From Eledone cirrhosa (taxonomy: Eukaryota): 64,000 bases of DNA. Below the pieces are notes generated by a model. That model searched no databases and was not told the DNA's origin. It saw only the letters and a program-made list of their open reading frames with translations. Location: the NCBI GenBank assembly GCA_964016885.1, contig OZ024749.1:40486001-40550000 (forward strand), read 5' to 3'. The translations under genes were made by a program, and so were the position numbers. Position 1 is the stretch's first letter; each line of letters starts with the position of its first letter. Positions 62,776 to 64,000 of the stretch are shown piece after piece.

Positions 62776-63731
62776 GGAACGAGTAGGACCCCGACGGCTG
62801 AGCTCAAGCCGTTTCGACGGCTAATTCTGGACTAAATGAACATTTTTATCCTGGTAAATGAATAGCCGAGCTTCTCAGGGGGTAATATTCCATATATGGT
62901 AAAAGTGATTGTCACAAGGATTGGTCAAAAGTTTGTTGTTGAGACACATAATTCTATCATGGCATTTTGTGGAAGGAAGGGGTAGCTGAACTTGCCAGTA
63001 GAAGAAAGAGGGAGAGGGAGTGGAGGAAACCCAGTCGTGCGTTGAAAGTGACGACTACGGCAGAATCCTAAGGATAAGAGGTCAAGAGGGGGAGGGGGAG
63101 GAAGTCGAAACAATAAGTAGATCTATATGGAGTAAATCTATATAGAAAAATAATTGTTTCTACTTTAGGCACAAGGCCAGCAATTAACCAGTACATTACT
63201 GGTACTTTATTTTATCGACCCCGTAAGGATGAAAGGCAAAGTTAACCTCGGCGGGATTTGAACTCAGACTGTAAAGGGGCGTAACTATGCTAGAAAGCAT
63301 GGCGTCCAACCCTCTACCGATACTGCCAATTCACCACCCTATAGAAAAATAATAATGTTAAAAATATAAAAAAACACAATTTCTGGTTACTATACCCCTA
63401 CCACAATCATCAAATCTCTCACTATAGAAAAGTTTAATAGGTGGGGCGGGATACTAAATACGAGATTGTAGTGAAAGAATTTTATGAGTTAGTAGTACTC
63501 GGCCTAATCTATCTTACAATGACAGGTCAACAAGTATGGGGCCAAAATACTTAAAAAAACCTAATACGAAATAATAATTCAGAGTCCCGAAACTAATACG
63601 AAATATTAATTCAGATCCCGAAAATGAATACTAATACGATATATAAGGGTGCCTCTACAATACATAAATTCTAATGCAAACTACATAAATGCTCGTACGA
63701 TAAGAAAAAATTAATACGAAAAATTAATTCA

Positions 63732-63789
<58 letters not shown>

Positions 63790-63792
<3 letters not shown>

Positions 63793-64000
63793 AAGAGGGT
63801 GTTAAAGTTTGCTTGAAGCATTGTGAAATGTGTAAAATATGTAGTTTAGAAAGCCACAACAATGCAGATGGGAAATCTCGAGGTAAGAAGTGAGTGAGAA
63901 ATAGGAGAAAAGTGAAAATTGAGAGAAACGAAAATGAAAACAAAACAAAGGTAGAAGGGTTACCGTAGTGGAGATTTAATCCCAATATTTCGGGCTCACG
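63790..64000 (-). mobile_element. Penelope 3' terminal module (runs off the window)
   Basis: Reverse complement of 25118-25333, with some divergence; abuts (TA)n. Confidence 0.85.

Overview
Eukaryotic, extremely microsatellite-rich DNA ((TA)n, (CA)n, (CATA)n, (ACC)n, (ACA)n). The SINE families and repeat landscape suggest a coleoid cephalopod, probably an octopus (inference). Almost all ORF-track entries are translated microsatellites. One convincing host gene is present: a large coding exon (37679-39588, +) encoding a kinase followed by a pseudokinase. A signal-peptide exon at 31735-31869 splices to it in frame, predicting a secretory-pathway tandem kinase, and an alternative cytosolic 5' exon may lie at 37200-37290. 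A young, 5'-truncated Penelope-like retroelement (RT + GIY-YIG) sits in the predicted first intron. More than a dozen minimal hammerhead-ribozyme motifs, from at least six sequence families, lie in short modules abutting (TA)n tracts. Many of these modules are folded back into near-perfect palindromes with a ribozyme on each arm. Also present are mariner remnants, hAT and mariner MITEs, RLE-type and RTE-like LINE remnants (some apparently targeted to (CATA)n), tRNA-derived SINEs including tandem multimers, and many minisatellites. All calls were made by eye; no searches or folding programs were run.
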